DNA from: Parcubacteria group bacterium
GTDB lineage: Bacteria > Patescibacteriota > Patescibacteriia > UBA2169
Direction: 5' to 3'
Length of the DNA: 64,000 nucleotides
Assembly: GCA_016181765.1 (NCBI GenBank)
Contig: JACOYR010000001.1
Coordinates: 221,414 to 285,413 of the forward strand
Below, piece by piece: positions 55,158 through 64,000 of this stretch (positions are counted from its first letter, which is position 1; the number at the start of each line of letters is the position of its first letter). A program made the translations under genes and the position numbers. The notes under the pieces are model-generated. The model searched no databases and was not told the origin of the DNA. It worked only from the letters and a program-made list of their open reading frames with translations.

Positions 55158-55385
55158 TTATTCTTTCGGCACCTCGGGAGTATGCGGCGAACCATCAGTA
55201 TGCACTAATTGGGAGAGCCGTGTCAAGATGCGGCTTGCATCGCTCTTCGCTTGCCGAATCAGGTGCACCTGCTTGAGGCTGCCGGCGTGCGCCTTAAAGC
55301 GCATATCAACCAATCGCGCCCGTGTTTCGGACAAATCATGGAGAAGCTCTTCTTTTGGCTTGTTCTTTAGTTCGGCCCACTTCAT
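55158..55385 (-). CDS. rpmC: 50S ribosomal protein L29 (with C-terminal extension)
   Basis: MKWAELKNKPKEELLHDLSETRARL start. Confidence 0.85.
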   Translation of the reverse strand: MKWAELKNKPKEELLHDLSETRARLVDMRFKAHAGSLKQVHLIRQAKSDASRILTRLSQLVHTDGSPHTPEVPKE

Positions 55386-55398
55386 ATTATTCTTCTGC

Positions 55399-55809
55399 TT
55401 ATTCTTCTGCCTCAACAAATCGGGTCCGGAGAGGAAGCTTGTGGGAAGCGAGGATCATGGCCTTTTGCGCGATTTCGCGGCTCACTCCATCCATTTCAAA
55501 CAGCACGGTGCCGCGCTTAACCGGAGAAACGTAGCGGTCAACCGCGCCCTTGCCCGCGCCCATGGGCACCTCGGCCCCCTTTGCGGTAACCGGCTTATCC
55601 GGGAAAATCCTGATCCAAATTTTTCCGCCGCGGGCAACGTAGCGCGTCATGGCGCGGCGGGCAGCCTCAATCTGCCGGCTGGAAACCCATGCAGACGTAA
55701 CCGCTCGCAACCCGTACGAACCGAACGAGAGCTCAATCTTGCGCACCGCAGCCCCGCGTAGCCTGCGTTTCTGGGATTTTCGGTATTTTACCTTTCTTGG
55801 CACCAACAT
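55399..55809 (-). CDS. rplP: 50S ribosomal protein L16
   Basis: MLVPRKVKYRKSQKRR start. Confidence 0.9.
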   Translation of the reverse strand: MLVPRKVKYRKSQKRRLRGAAVRKIELSFGSYGLRAVTSAWVSSRQIEAARRAMTRYVARGGKIWIRIFPDKPVTAKGAEVPMGAGKGAVDRYVSPVKRGTVLFEMDGVSREIAQKAMILASHKLPLRTRFVEAEE

Positions 55810-55810
55810 A

Positions 55811-56584
55811 TTATTCCTCTGATTCTGGCTCTAATGATTCTGATTCTAATCCCGATTCTGATTCAGCCTTCTTATCGGTTATCTTCTTGATTTGCCTTAA
55901 AATGGTATCCGTGCCCCCGCTTGCGGCGGCCTTGTCTTCGGGAGCGAGCACCTCGCCTTTGTATATCCATACGGTAACGCCGATGGCCCCATAGGTGGTG
56001 GCTGCCGTGGCCTGGGCGTAATCAATGTTTGCGCGCAGGGTGTGCAGCGGAACAGACCCCCAGCCGATGGTTTCGTTGCGCGCAATTTCCGCCCCGTTCA
56101 AACGGCCTTTCACGCGGATCTTGACGCCTTTTGCGCCCGCTTTCTTTACGTTCTCCAAGGACTGCTTGCACGCTCTGCGGTATGCGATGCGGCGCTCAAG
56201 GTCAGCGGCGATGTTTTGCGCGATGACCGCGGCCGAAAGAGAACTCTGGCGCACCTCGTGGATGTTGATTTTTACCTTGCCCGATCCAAGCACCAGGTGC
56301 TGTTCAAGCTCTTTTTTGAGCGTTTCCGCGCCCTCTCCCCCGCGGCCTATCACCATGCCCGGCTTGGCGGTAGAGATGTTGACAATGATCTCGGGACCCT
56401 TGCCGCTCCGCTCCACGCCGATCAGGTCAACGCGCGCATCCTTAAGCTTTTTGGACAAAAATTGCCGGATCTGGATGTCCTGTTTCAGGGTAGCCCTGAA
56501 CTTATTGCGCGGCGCAAACCACTTGGACTGCCAGTCCTCAATGATGCCCAGGCGATGATTTTTCGGATGAATCTTTTGTCCCAT
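55811..56584 (-). CDS. rpsC: 30S ribosomal protein S3 with acidic repetitive C-terminal tail
   Basis: MGQKIHPKNHRLGII start. The tail ESESGLESESLEPESEE is encoded by the tandem gattctgattctaat DNA repeat at 55821-55868. The ORF extension to 56686 is rejected. Confidence 0.9.
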   Translation of the reverse strand: MGQKIHPKNHRLGIIEDWQSKWFAPRNKFRATLKQDIQIRQFLSKKLKDARVDLIGVERSGKGPEIIVNISTAKPGMVIGRGGEGAETLKKELEQHLVLGSGKVKINIHEVRQSSLSAAVIAQNIAADLERRIAYRRACKQSLENVKKAGAKGVKIRVKGRLNGAEIARNETIGWGSVPLHTLRANIDYAQATAATTYGAIGVTVWIYKGEVLAPEDKAAASGGTDTILRQIKKITDKKAESESGLESESLEPESEE

Positions 56585-56592
56585 ATGAGTGC

Positions 56593-56940
56593 TTACTTCA
56601 ATTTTTTCTTCTCTCCCACCATAATGGTGATGTGGCTCGTGCGCTTCATAATCTGGCTCGCTCTGCCGAACGCGCGCGGCATCCACCGCTTCAAGGTAGG
56701 CCCCCCATCAACAAATGCCCGGGTGACCACTAAATCATCAACATTCATCTTATTGTTATTTTTGGCATTGGCGACTGCGCTGTTCAACACCTTGAGCACC
56801 GTACCGGCGCTGCGCTTCGGGAGTGACTTAAGCTGGTTTTGGGCTTCGGCAATGCTCAAATTTTTAAGCAAGCCAACCACGAGCCTTACCTTGCGGGGAG
56901 CAATTCGCTGGAACTTTGCTTGTGCTTTAACTTCTGCCAT
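56593..56940 (-). CDS. rplV: 50S ribosomal protein L22
   Basis: Conserved L22 fold, 115 aa. Confidence 0.9.
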   Translation of the reverse strand: MAEVKAQAKFQRIAPRKVRLVVGLLKNLSIAEAQNQLKSLPKRSAGTVLKVLNSAVANAKNNNKMNVDDLVVTRAFVDGGPTLKRWMPRAFGRASQIMKRTSHITIMVGEKKKLK

Positions 56941-56955
56941 ACAAGTGCAATAGCC

Positions 56956-57273
56956 TTACGCTTTTGCTGCGGGAGCCGGGGCCGCCTTCTGTGCGGCAGC
57001 TTGTTCCTGCTCTTTCTGCATGCGGCCGCCGTGTTTGGTAAACTTGCGCGTGGGTGAAAACTCGCCCAGCTTATGGCCGACCATGTTCTCAACCACGACA
57101 ACCGGAACGTGCGCTCTGCCGTTGTGCACCCCAAAGGTGCGGCCCACCATGTCCGGGGTAATGGTCGCCCGCCGCGCCCAGGTGATAATAACCGCCTTTT
57201 TGTCGGCTGCTGCGAGTACTTTCTTTATGAGGCGTTCATCTATGTATGGCCCCTTTTTTGCGCTTCTTCCCAT
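56956..57273 (-). CDS. rpsS: 30S ribosomal protein S19 (C-terminal Ala/Gln-rich extension)
   Basis: [15 protein letters not shown] start. Confidence 0.9.
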   Translation of the reverse strand: MGRSAKKGPYIDERLIKKVLAAADKKAVIITWARRATITPDMVGRTFGVHNGRAHVPVVVVENMVGHKLGEFSPTRKFTKHGGRMQKEQEQAAAQKAAPAPAAKA

Positions 57274-57285
57274 ATGCTGCTGTTA

Positions 57286-58122
57286 TTATTTCTTGCGTCT
57301 GCGTATGATAACCGCGTTGCTCGCCTTGTGCTTCTTGCGCGTTGGCACGCCGCGGGCCGGCTTGCCCCACGCGGTCTTGGCGCGCTTCATACCGATCGGC
57401 GAGCGGCCTTCTCCGCCGCCGTGCGGGTGGTCCACGACGTTCATGGCTTTTCCGCGCACCCGCGGCCGCACGCCGCGGTGGCGCATTCTGCCCGCTTTGC
57501 CGAGCCGCACCAGATTCCACTCGCTGTTGCCCACCTGGCCGATGGTCGCAAGGCAGTCGCCGCTGAATATGCGCACCTCTCCGCTCGGCATTTTAATCTG
57601 CACGCGGTTGCCTTCCGTGGAGAGCACGGTGGCGCTTGAGCCGGCCGAACGCGCTATGGTCGCGGCGCGCTCGGGAGAGAGCTCTATGTTGCAGATAGTA
57701 ATGCCTGCCGGAATATAGCGCAAGGCCATACGGTTGCCGGGTTTGATTTCAAGCTGTTTGCCGCGGCTCGCCGTGAGCTGGTCGCCGACGGCGAGCTTAT
57801 CCACGGCAAGCGTATACGCCCGGGATTTGTCTTCGTACTCAAGGAGGGCAATGGCCGCGCTCCGGTTGGGATCGTACTGGATGCCCACCACGGTTCCCGG
57901 ACGCTCGGTAACGGGGTTCACAAAATCAACCATGCGGTACTTGCGCTTGTGGCCCCCTCCTTTGTGGCGCACCGTGATGCGCCCGCTCGCATTGCGGCCG
58001 GCGTGGATGGCCCGCCTCGCAAGCAGGCTGCGTTCCGGCTTTTGTATGCCTTCCTGCGCGTGCTTCAAAACGCTTGAGTGGCGCCTGCTCGGAGTAGTTG
58101 GTTTGTAACGCTTAAGTGGCAT
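57286..58122 (-). CDS. rplB: 50S ribosomal protein L2
   Basis: MPLKRYKPTTPSRRH start (ATG 58120-58122); GGGHKRKYR motif. Confidence 0.9.
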   Translation of the reverse strand: MPLKRYKPTTPSRRHSSVLKHAQEGIQKPERSLLARRAIHAGRNASGRITVRHKGGGHKRKYRMVDFVNPVTERPGTVVGIQYDPNRSAAIALLEYEDKSRAYTLAVDKLAVGDQLTASRGKQLEIKPGNRMALRYIPAGITICNIELSPERAATIARSAGSSATVLSTEGNRVQIKMPSGEVRIFSGDCLATIGQVGNSEWNLVRLGKAGRMRHRGVRPRVRGKAMNVVDHPHGGGEGRSPIGMKRAKTAWGKPARGVPTRKKHKASNAVIIRRRKK

Positions 58123-58127
58123 AATAT

Positions 58128-58610
58128 TTACACTCCCTCGTAGACTGCTATGGTGCTTCCCTTTGGAACGCGGATGTATGCTTTTTTCCACGCTGATTTG
58201 GCGCCCGGGATCCTCCGAAAGTACGTGGCGCGCGCTCCTACGTTCGCAATCTGGATGCTTTCCGGGCGAACGCCGTACATCTTGGTAAACGCTTTCTTGA
58301 TCTCAATCTTATTGGCGCCTGGGTGCACTGAAAACGCATAGGTATCGTGCGAGCCTGCGGCGGCTGTTTTCTCGGAAACAAGAGGCTTTACTATGATGCC
58401 AAAACCCGCTTCAAAATTCGTCTTTTCATGGCCGGATTTTTCATGGCCTGGTTTGACCGCAGGTGCATGGGGCCGGGCTGTTTTCTTCGGAAGCTTGGGC
58501 TCCTCGCGGGCTGCCTGCACTTTCTGCTGGGCTTCCGCCTCTTTCTGCGCCGATTTGCGGGGCGCTTTGGTATCGCTTTCTGCGAATGGATTTTTCAAAA
58601 AATTCCACAT
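58128..58610 (-). CDS. rplW: 50S ribosomal protein L23 with ~65-aa Lys/Ala-rich N-terminal extension
   Basis: Core IIVKPLVSEKT...; no internal start, so the extension is likely real. Confidence 0.8.
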   Translation of the reverse strand: MWNFLKNPFAESDTKAPRKSAQKEAEAQQKVQAAREEPKLPKKTARPHAPAVKPGHEKSGHEKTNFEAGFGIIVKPLVSEKTAAAGSHDTYAFSVHPGANKIEIKKAFTKMYGVRPESIQIANVGARATYFRRIPGAKSAWKKAYIRVPKGSTIAVYEGV

Positions 58611-58615
58611 AGCGC

Positions 58616-59248
58616 CTATGAGAGCTGCTTGATAAGCTTTTCCACAGATCCCCTGCCCACCATGACAGTCCCGTACGAGAGCAGATCCAGAATGTTTATA
58701 TTCTCAAGCCTGATTGACTTGGCGCGCGGAAGGTTGCGCAGGGAGAGTATGGCCTTCTCAAACCCCGCGTCAGAAATGAAAAGCACTTTTTTGGATGCGA
58801 GCTTGAGTGTTTTGAAAAACGAAGACATTGTTTTTGTGGAAGGCGCTCCCAGCGCGTCAAAACCTTCAACCACAAAAAATTTATTCTCCCGCACGCGGTC
58901 TGAAAATACGGCGCACAGCGCTTTTTTGCGCATCTTTGAGGGAATGGCCCGCTTGGTAATGGACTCAATGCGCGGCCCGAACGTCACGCCCCCGCCTTTC
59001 CACAGCGGCGAACGGATGGAGCCGTGGCGCGCCCGGCCGGTTCCTTTCTGCGCCCAGGGCTTTTTGCCGCCGCCCCGCACTTCGCTCCGGTCCTTTGTCT
59101 GCGCGAGGGGTTTCCGCTTATTGATGGTCGCAACGCGCGCTGCCTGGTACAAAAGCGCCTTGTTCGCCTCCGTGCCGAATACGGCATCAGGAAGCTCCAT
59201 GGTTCCGGCGTGCGCTCCGCTTATATTGTACACGTTGACCGTTGCCAT
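58616..59248 (-). CDS. rplD: 50S ribosomal protein L4
   Basis: Conserved L4 core. Confidence 0.9.
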   Translation of the reverse strand: MATVNVYNISGAHAGTMELPDAVFGTEANKALLYQAARVATINKRKPLAQTKDRSEVRGGGKKPWAQKGTGRARHGSIRSPLWKGGGVTFGPRIESITKRAIPSKMRKKALCAVFSDRVRENKFFVVEGFDALGAPSTKTMSSFFKTLKLASKKVLFISDAGFEKAILSLRNLPRAKSIRLENINILDLLSYGTVMVGRGSVEKLIKQLS

Positions 59249-59250
59249 AC

Positions 59251-59934
59251 TTACTGTTTGGGCTCCTCTGAAACTGGCGCTTCTTTTGGAACGCTCTTCT
59301 CGGCTCGCGCGGGAGGCTTCATCTCGCCCTGGGCCCGGATCTCAACCAAGCCGTTCCGCGAACCCGGGACCGCGCCGCGGATGGAGAGGATGCCGGATAC
59401 CAAGTCAATGCCCGCAATCTCAAGGTTGGTGACTGAAACGCGCGTACCCCCCATGCGGCCCGCCATGCGCTTGCCCGGAAACACGCGCTGCGCGTCTGTT
59501 GAGCCGATGGAGCCCGGGGCGCGCAAGTCGTGCTTGTGGCCGTGCGTTTTCGGGGAGCCTGCAAAATGGTGGCGCTTGACCACGCCCGCAAAGCCGCGGC
59601 CTTTAGAAATTCCCGCAACCGCCACTTTCTCTCCTACTGAAAAATTTGAAAGGTCATAGGACTGCCCAGCCTCAAACGCCTCGGCGCCGCCAGTGCGCAT
59701 CTCGCGCAGCACAGGCCGCTCAACACGGCCCGCAACGTGCCCGGCAACTGGCTTGCTCGTGTGCTTTGGGCCCTCATTAAACCCAAGCTGAACCGCGGAA
59801 TAGCCATCCCGCTTTTTATCCTTGACCTGGGTCACGACCGCGTTACCCACTTGAATCCTGGTAATCGGGACCACGTCTCCGTGCTCGTCGTACGCTTGAG
59901 TCATGTTGAGTTTTCTGCCGATGAAAAGCTTCAT
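59251..59934 (-). CDS. rplC: 50S ribosomal protein L3
   Basis: MKLFIGRKLNMTQ start (ATG 59932-59934); the ORF extension to 60072 is rejected. Confidence 0.9.
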   Translation of the reverse strand: MKLFIGRKLNMTQAYDEHGDVVPITRIQVGNAVVTQVKDKKRDGYSAVQLGFNEGPKHTSKPVAGHVAGRVERPVLREMRTGGAEAFEAGQSYDLSNFSVGEKVAVAGISKGRGFAGVVKRHHFAGSPKTHGHKHDLRAPGSIGSTDAQRVFPGKRMAGRMGGTRVSVTNLEIAGIDLVSGILSIRGAVPGSRNGLVEIRAQGEMKPPARAEKSVPKEAPVSEEPKQ

Positions 59935-60131
59935 AATCCCATGAAAAAAGTTTGGGCACACAAGCCCAAACTTCTCTATAAGACAAATACATCGCTGAAT
60001 CAACGTTGATTCTTGAGAGGATGCTTGTATGAGAGAAAAGTCTGAACTCCTGCGCAGATTGCGTTGTACCAACTGTCACCCTTCTGAATTCGCCGATGAG
60101 GCGAAGGGACATCATTGGTCGCACGCACCAT

Positions 60132-60509
60132 CTACATCTTGATTTCAATGTCTACCCCAGAGGGCAGGTTGAGATTCATGAGTGAATCAACGGTTTTGGG
60201 AGTCGGATCCAGGATGTCAACCAAGCGCTTGTGCACGCGCATCTCGTACTGGTCCCGGCTGTTCTTGTGCACGAATGTGGAAGCGTTCACCGTGTATTTG
60301 GTTTTTTCCGTCGGCAGAGGAATGGGGCCGGAAATCTCGGCGCCGCTCCGCTCCGCAGTATCAATAATCGTGCGCGTGGACTGGTCAATGATCTTTGAGT
60401 CGTACGCGCGGATTTTGATACGGATCCGCTGGCGCGCCGCGTTGTTCTGCTCTCCTGCGTTTTGTTTGCCCCCGGGTTTTTCGCCGGGGCTTGCCTTCTT
60501 TTCTGCCAT
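60132..60509 (-). CDS. rpsJ: 30S ribosomal protein S10 (with ~25-aa N-terminal extension)
   Basis: [18 protein letters not shown] core. Confidence 0.9.
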   Translation of the reverse strand: MAEKKASPGEKPGGKQNAGEQNNAARQRIRIKIRAYDSKIIDQSTRTIIDTAERSGAEISGPIPLPTEKTKYTVNASTFVHKNSRDQYEMRVHKRLVDILDPTPKTVDSLMNLNLPSGVDIEIKM

Positions 60510-60524
60510 TTGGGTTGAAAACTC

Positions 60525-60557
60525 GCAGAGACGCCCCGGTTCCGGGGCGCCTCTGCG
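60525..60557 (-). terminator. tuf-rpsJ intergenic stem-loop (attenuator/terminator)
   Basis: 16-bp stem cgcagagacgccccgg / ccggggcgcctctgcg with one mismatch. Confidence 0.55.
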
Positions 60558-60566
60558 ATTCTGACA

Positions 60567-61757
<1,191 letters not shown>

Positions 61758-61822
61758 ATAGATTTATGATGCTTAAATTGTAACCTAAAAAGTATAGCAA
61801 AAAACAAAAATAATGCAAGGGG

Positions 61823-62212
61823 CTAGCCTACTTTCTCAAAATAAAAGGGCTCTTCCTGCTCGTCAAGATCATCATCAAAATCATCATATTCGCCAAAATT
61901 TTGGCTAGTATCAGCCAAATTATCAGTATACGGGTCAAAATCGGGTTCATCTTGGACGTGCTCGGCATTGAGCTGGGCGCTGGTGTGCCGACTCTCATCC
62001 TGCTGGCTTTTCCACACCGCTATATCCCGGTTGATTTTGTCAAGCAGTTCATCCTCTGAGAGCTCGGAAACATCGGCCTGGCGCACGGCCATGCGCTCGT
62101 ATTCGGCCAAGGACATCACCACGTACGCTTCATCCTTACTTTGCGACAGCACAATGCACCGGTCTCCGGTTTTGTTGATGAGGCTGAATACTCTGTTGAG
62201 TGCGTCATGCAT
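61823..62212 (-). CDS. hypothetical protein with antitoxin-like N-terminus and acidic tail
   Basis: GDRCIVLSQSKDEAYVVMSLAEYERM resembles Phd/YefM-type beta-alpha antitoxin N-termini; C-terminal DE-rich segment. Confidence 0.35.
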   Translation of the reverse strand: MHDALNRVFSLINKTGDRCIVLSQSKDEAYVVMSLAEYERMAVRQADVSELSEDELLDKINRDIAVWKSQQDESRHTSAQLNAEHVQDEPDFDPYTDNLADTSQNFGEYDDFDDDLDEQEEPFYFEKVG

Positions 62213-62226
62213 ATGTGTAATGTTAA

Positions 62227-63714
62227 TTACATTTGGGTGACGTGAAAGAGTTCAAAGTACTTACCTAATCGCGGCGCGCGGGCGCCGTATCCCACCAGTG
62301 AGAGCTCCGGCACCACTTCCGCGCGCAAACGCGCGAGTGATTTTGCGGCAACGTCAAAGCGCAGGCGCGCGAGTTGAGATTTTTGCGCGGTGATTGCTTT
62401 GAGTTTTTTCTTCATGAGCGACTCATCGTACGCGAACACGGTGTTGAACTCCCCCTCCGAGAAGAGCGACCACAAGCCCTCGTAGTTGTACACCAAAATG
62501 TCGCGCTTCTTCTGCGCCTGGTGCTTTGCGAGCGCGAGAAGCGCAATGCTGCGGCTCTTTGCGTGCGTGGGGTGCCGGTCAAGCTCGTGCGGCACAAAGA
62601 GCAGGTCCGGCTTGGTGCGGTTGAATATGGCTGCGAGCTTTTCCGTGTCGCGGACAAGCGCTTCGCGTTCGTTTTTTGCGTCATAAAACTCCGCGCGCAG
62701 GAAAACAGGAATCGCACCCAGGATTTTGGATTCTTCGCGCGCTTCCTTTTCCCGGATTTTTATGACTTCCTCGGGCTTGGCCCCGTCCACCACGCTGCGG
62801 TAGCCTGTGGTTGCGATCACGATGTGCACGCGGTTGCGCTTTGCGAGCGCGGCAATGAGGCCGCCCATGGAAATGGACGCATCATCCGGGTGCGGGGAAA
62901 CAACGGTGATATACTTGCCACTCGGGATATCCTGCTCCGTGAGCACCTCAACGTCCCCTTCTCCAAAGAGCAGGGGTGATGCGTAGTCGCGTTCCAGTTT
63001 GGAAGCGGCTGCCTCATCAATAATGAGCGTAACATCCGGATGCCACTGCAAGAGCGATGCAGGCACGTCCTTGCTGACGCGGCCCTCAACCGTTGCTTTG
63101 ACTGCGTCCGCTTTTGCCGAACCTGATGCGATGAGCGCTATTTTTTTGGCGTCCATGATGGTGCCCAGGCCCATGGTGATTGCCTGCTCCGGCACCCTGC
63201 CCTCCTTAAAGTGCTTTGCGTTCTTTTTGCGCGTATGCTCTGACAGCTGCGCAACGTGGGTCCGCGCCGCAAACGGGGTGCCTGGCTCATTGAATCCGAT
63301 GTGCCCGTTCGGCGCGATCCCAAGAACCTGCAGATCAATCCTGCCCGCGTCTTTGATGGCTGACTCGTACTGCTCGCATTCGGCGTTGAGATCCCGCGCG
63401 CGGCCGTTGGGCAGGTATATGTTTTTCTTTTTGATGTTTACATGGTTGAACAAATGGCGGTCCATGAAGTGGTGGAACGAATCAGCGTCCTTTTCCGAAA
63501 GCCCCGCGTACTCGTCCAAATTGAACGTGCTGGCGCGCGAAAAATCCGCCCTGCCTTTTTTGCGGGCCAAAACAAGGCGCTCGTACATGCCTATGGGCGT
63601 CTCGCCGGTCGGAAGCCCGAGTACCAAATCCGGCTTGCGCCACAGGTGCGCCAGAACGAACCGGCTGGCGCTATCGCTCATCTCATCGTAGTTTTTGGTG
63701 ATGATGACTTTCAT
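62227..63714 (-). CDS. nagB: fusion protein: glucosamine-6-phosphate deaminase (NagB) N-domain + PIG-L/LmbE-family deacetylase C-domain
   Basis: N-half has LGLPTGETP, FNLDEYAGL and NGHIGFNEP (NagB). C-half has VVSPHPDDASISMGG and a HELDRHPTH histidine cluster (PIG-L). Start MKVIITK (ATG 63712-63714). Confidence 0.7.
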   Translation of the reverse strand: MKVIITKNYDEMSDSASRFVLAHLWRKPDLVLGLPTGETPIGMYERLVLARKKGRADFSRASTFNLDEYAGLSEKDADSFHHFMDRHLFNHVNIKKKNIYLPNGRARDLNAECEQYESAIKDAGRIDLQVLGIAPNGHIGFNEPGTPFAARTHVAQLSEHTRKKNAKHFKEGRVPEQAITMGLGTIMDAKKIALIASGSAKADAVKATVEGRVSKDVPASLLQWHPDVTLIIDEAAASKLERDYASPLLFGEGDVEVLTEQDIPSGKYITVVSPHPDDASISMGGLIAALAKRNRVHIVIATTGYRSVVDGAKPEEVIKIREKEAREESKILGAIPVFLRAEFYDAKNEREALVRDTEKLAAIFNRTKPDLLFVPHELDRHPTHAKSRSIALLALAKHQAQKKRDILVYNYEGLWSLFSEGEFNTVFAYDESLMKKKLKAITAQKSQLARLRFDVAAKSLARLRAEVVPELSLVGYGARAPRLGKYFELFHVTQM

Positions 63715-63991
63715 GCCTTGAATTGTACCTATTTTTAGGCAAAAAGAAAAGGAGCCGAATCGCACTTGCGACCCGGCCCCCGCGGTTCCGGAATGCCCTG
63801 TGAACAAAAGGCACCAACTGAAACCGCAACACACCGCGAGTGGTCGACCTCCTTGGGTTGCGAAAACAAACAGCAAACCAGTAAAGAACGACCGCTCCCG
63901 CGAGGACATACAGCGCCGCCCAGCGGGGCTGCAGAGCCGCGGCCGCGAGCAGCACTGCCTCAACGAGCAGGAAAAACAACAAGAAGAGCAT
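63683..63991 (-). CDS. questionable small membrane protein ORF (overlaps nagB start)
   Basis: Hydrophobic N-terminus MLFLLFFLLVEAVLLAAAAL; overlaps nagB; no support beyond the ORF. Confidence 0.2.
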   Translation of the reverse strand: MLFLLFFLLVEAVLLAAAALQPRWAALYVLAGAVVLYWFAVCFRNPRRSTTRGVLRFQLVPFVHRAFRNRGGRVASAIRLLFFLPKNRYNSRHESHHHQKLR

Positions 63992-64000
63992 TGTGGACTC

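Noticed and set aside
55811-56686. Upstream extensions of rpsC (to 56686), rplB (to 58191), rplC (to 60072), PAP2 (to 37382), DUF192 (to 47102) and nagB (to 63963)
   Set aside because: Conserved N-termini of each protein family start at internal ATGs that abut the preceding gene. The extensions are unconserved and would create long overlaps.

Overview
The window is a 64-kb bacterial chromosome segment of about 58% GC, coded almost entirely on the minus strand. Its content is consistent with a Patescibacteria/CPR-type organism, although that lineage call is an inference. The 3' third (51-62 kb) is a canonical tuf-S10-spc ribosomal block (tuf, S10, L3, L4, L23, L2, S19, L22, S3, L16, L29, S17, L14, L24, L5, S14(Z), S8, L6, L18, S5, L15, secY, adk, map). 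S5 abuts L15 with no rpmD (L30) between them. secY appears disrupted at its 3' end by a frameshift and a missing TM10. Housekeeping genes include pgi, hupB, cysS, typA, a DEAD-box helicase, nth, tpiA, dacA-like, scpAB, aspS, dnaB-ybaB-recR, rplU, ruvX and rpmG. There are five tRNAs (Trp, Thr-TGT, Tyr, Thr-GGT, Lys-TTT) and a plus-strand purB-purC pair. Accessory content includes two AT-poor-to-AT-rich islands (a VapBC pair and a Bro-N/DinD-like gene), an AbiEii nucleotidyltransferase toxin with a short partner, two large secreted/surface proteins, a standalone LigD phosphoesterase next to two tandem beta-carbonic-anhydrase-like genes separated by a near-perfect hairpin, and a NagB fused to a PIG-L/LmbE deacetylase. 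Non-coding structure is rich. A recurrent extended -10 motif (TGGTATACT-like) sits just upstream of many start codons, implying leaderless mRNAs. A small family of GC-stem hairpins built on a CCTGAATACAGG core embeds GGAGG Shine-Dalgarno sequences in three 5' leaders. A roughly 150-nt imperfect palindrome abuts tRNA-Thr. No CRISPR array, rRNA or transposase was seen.
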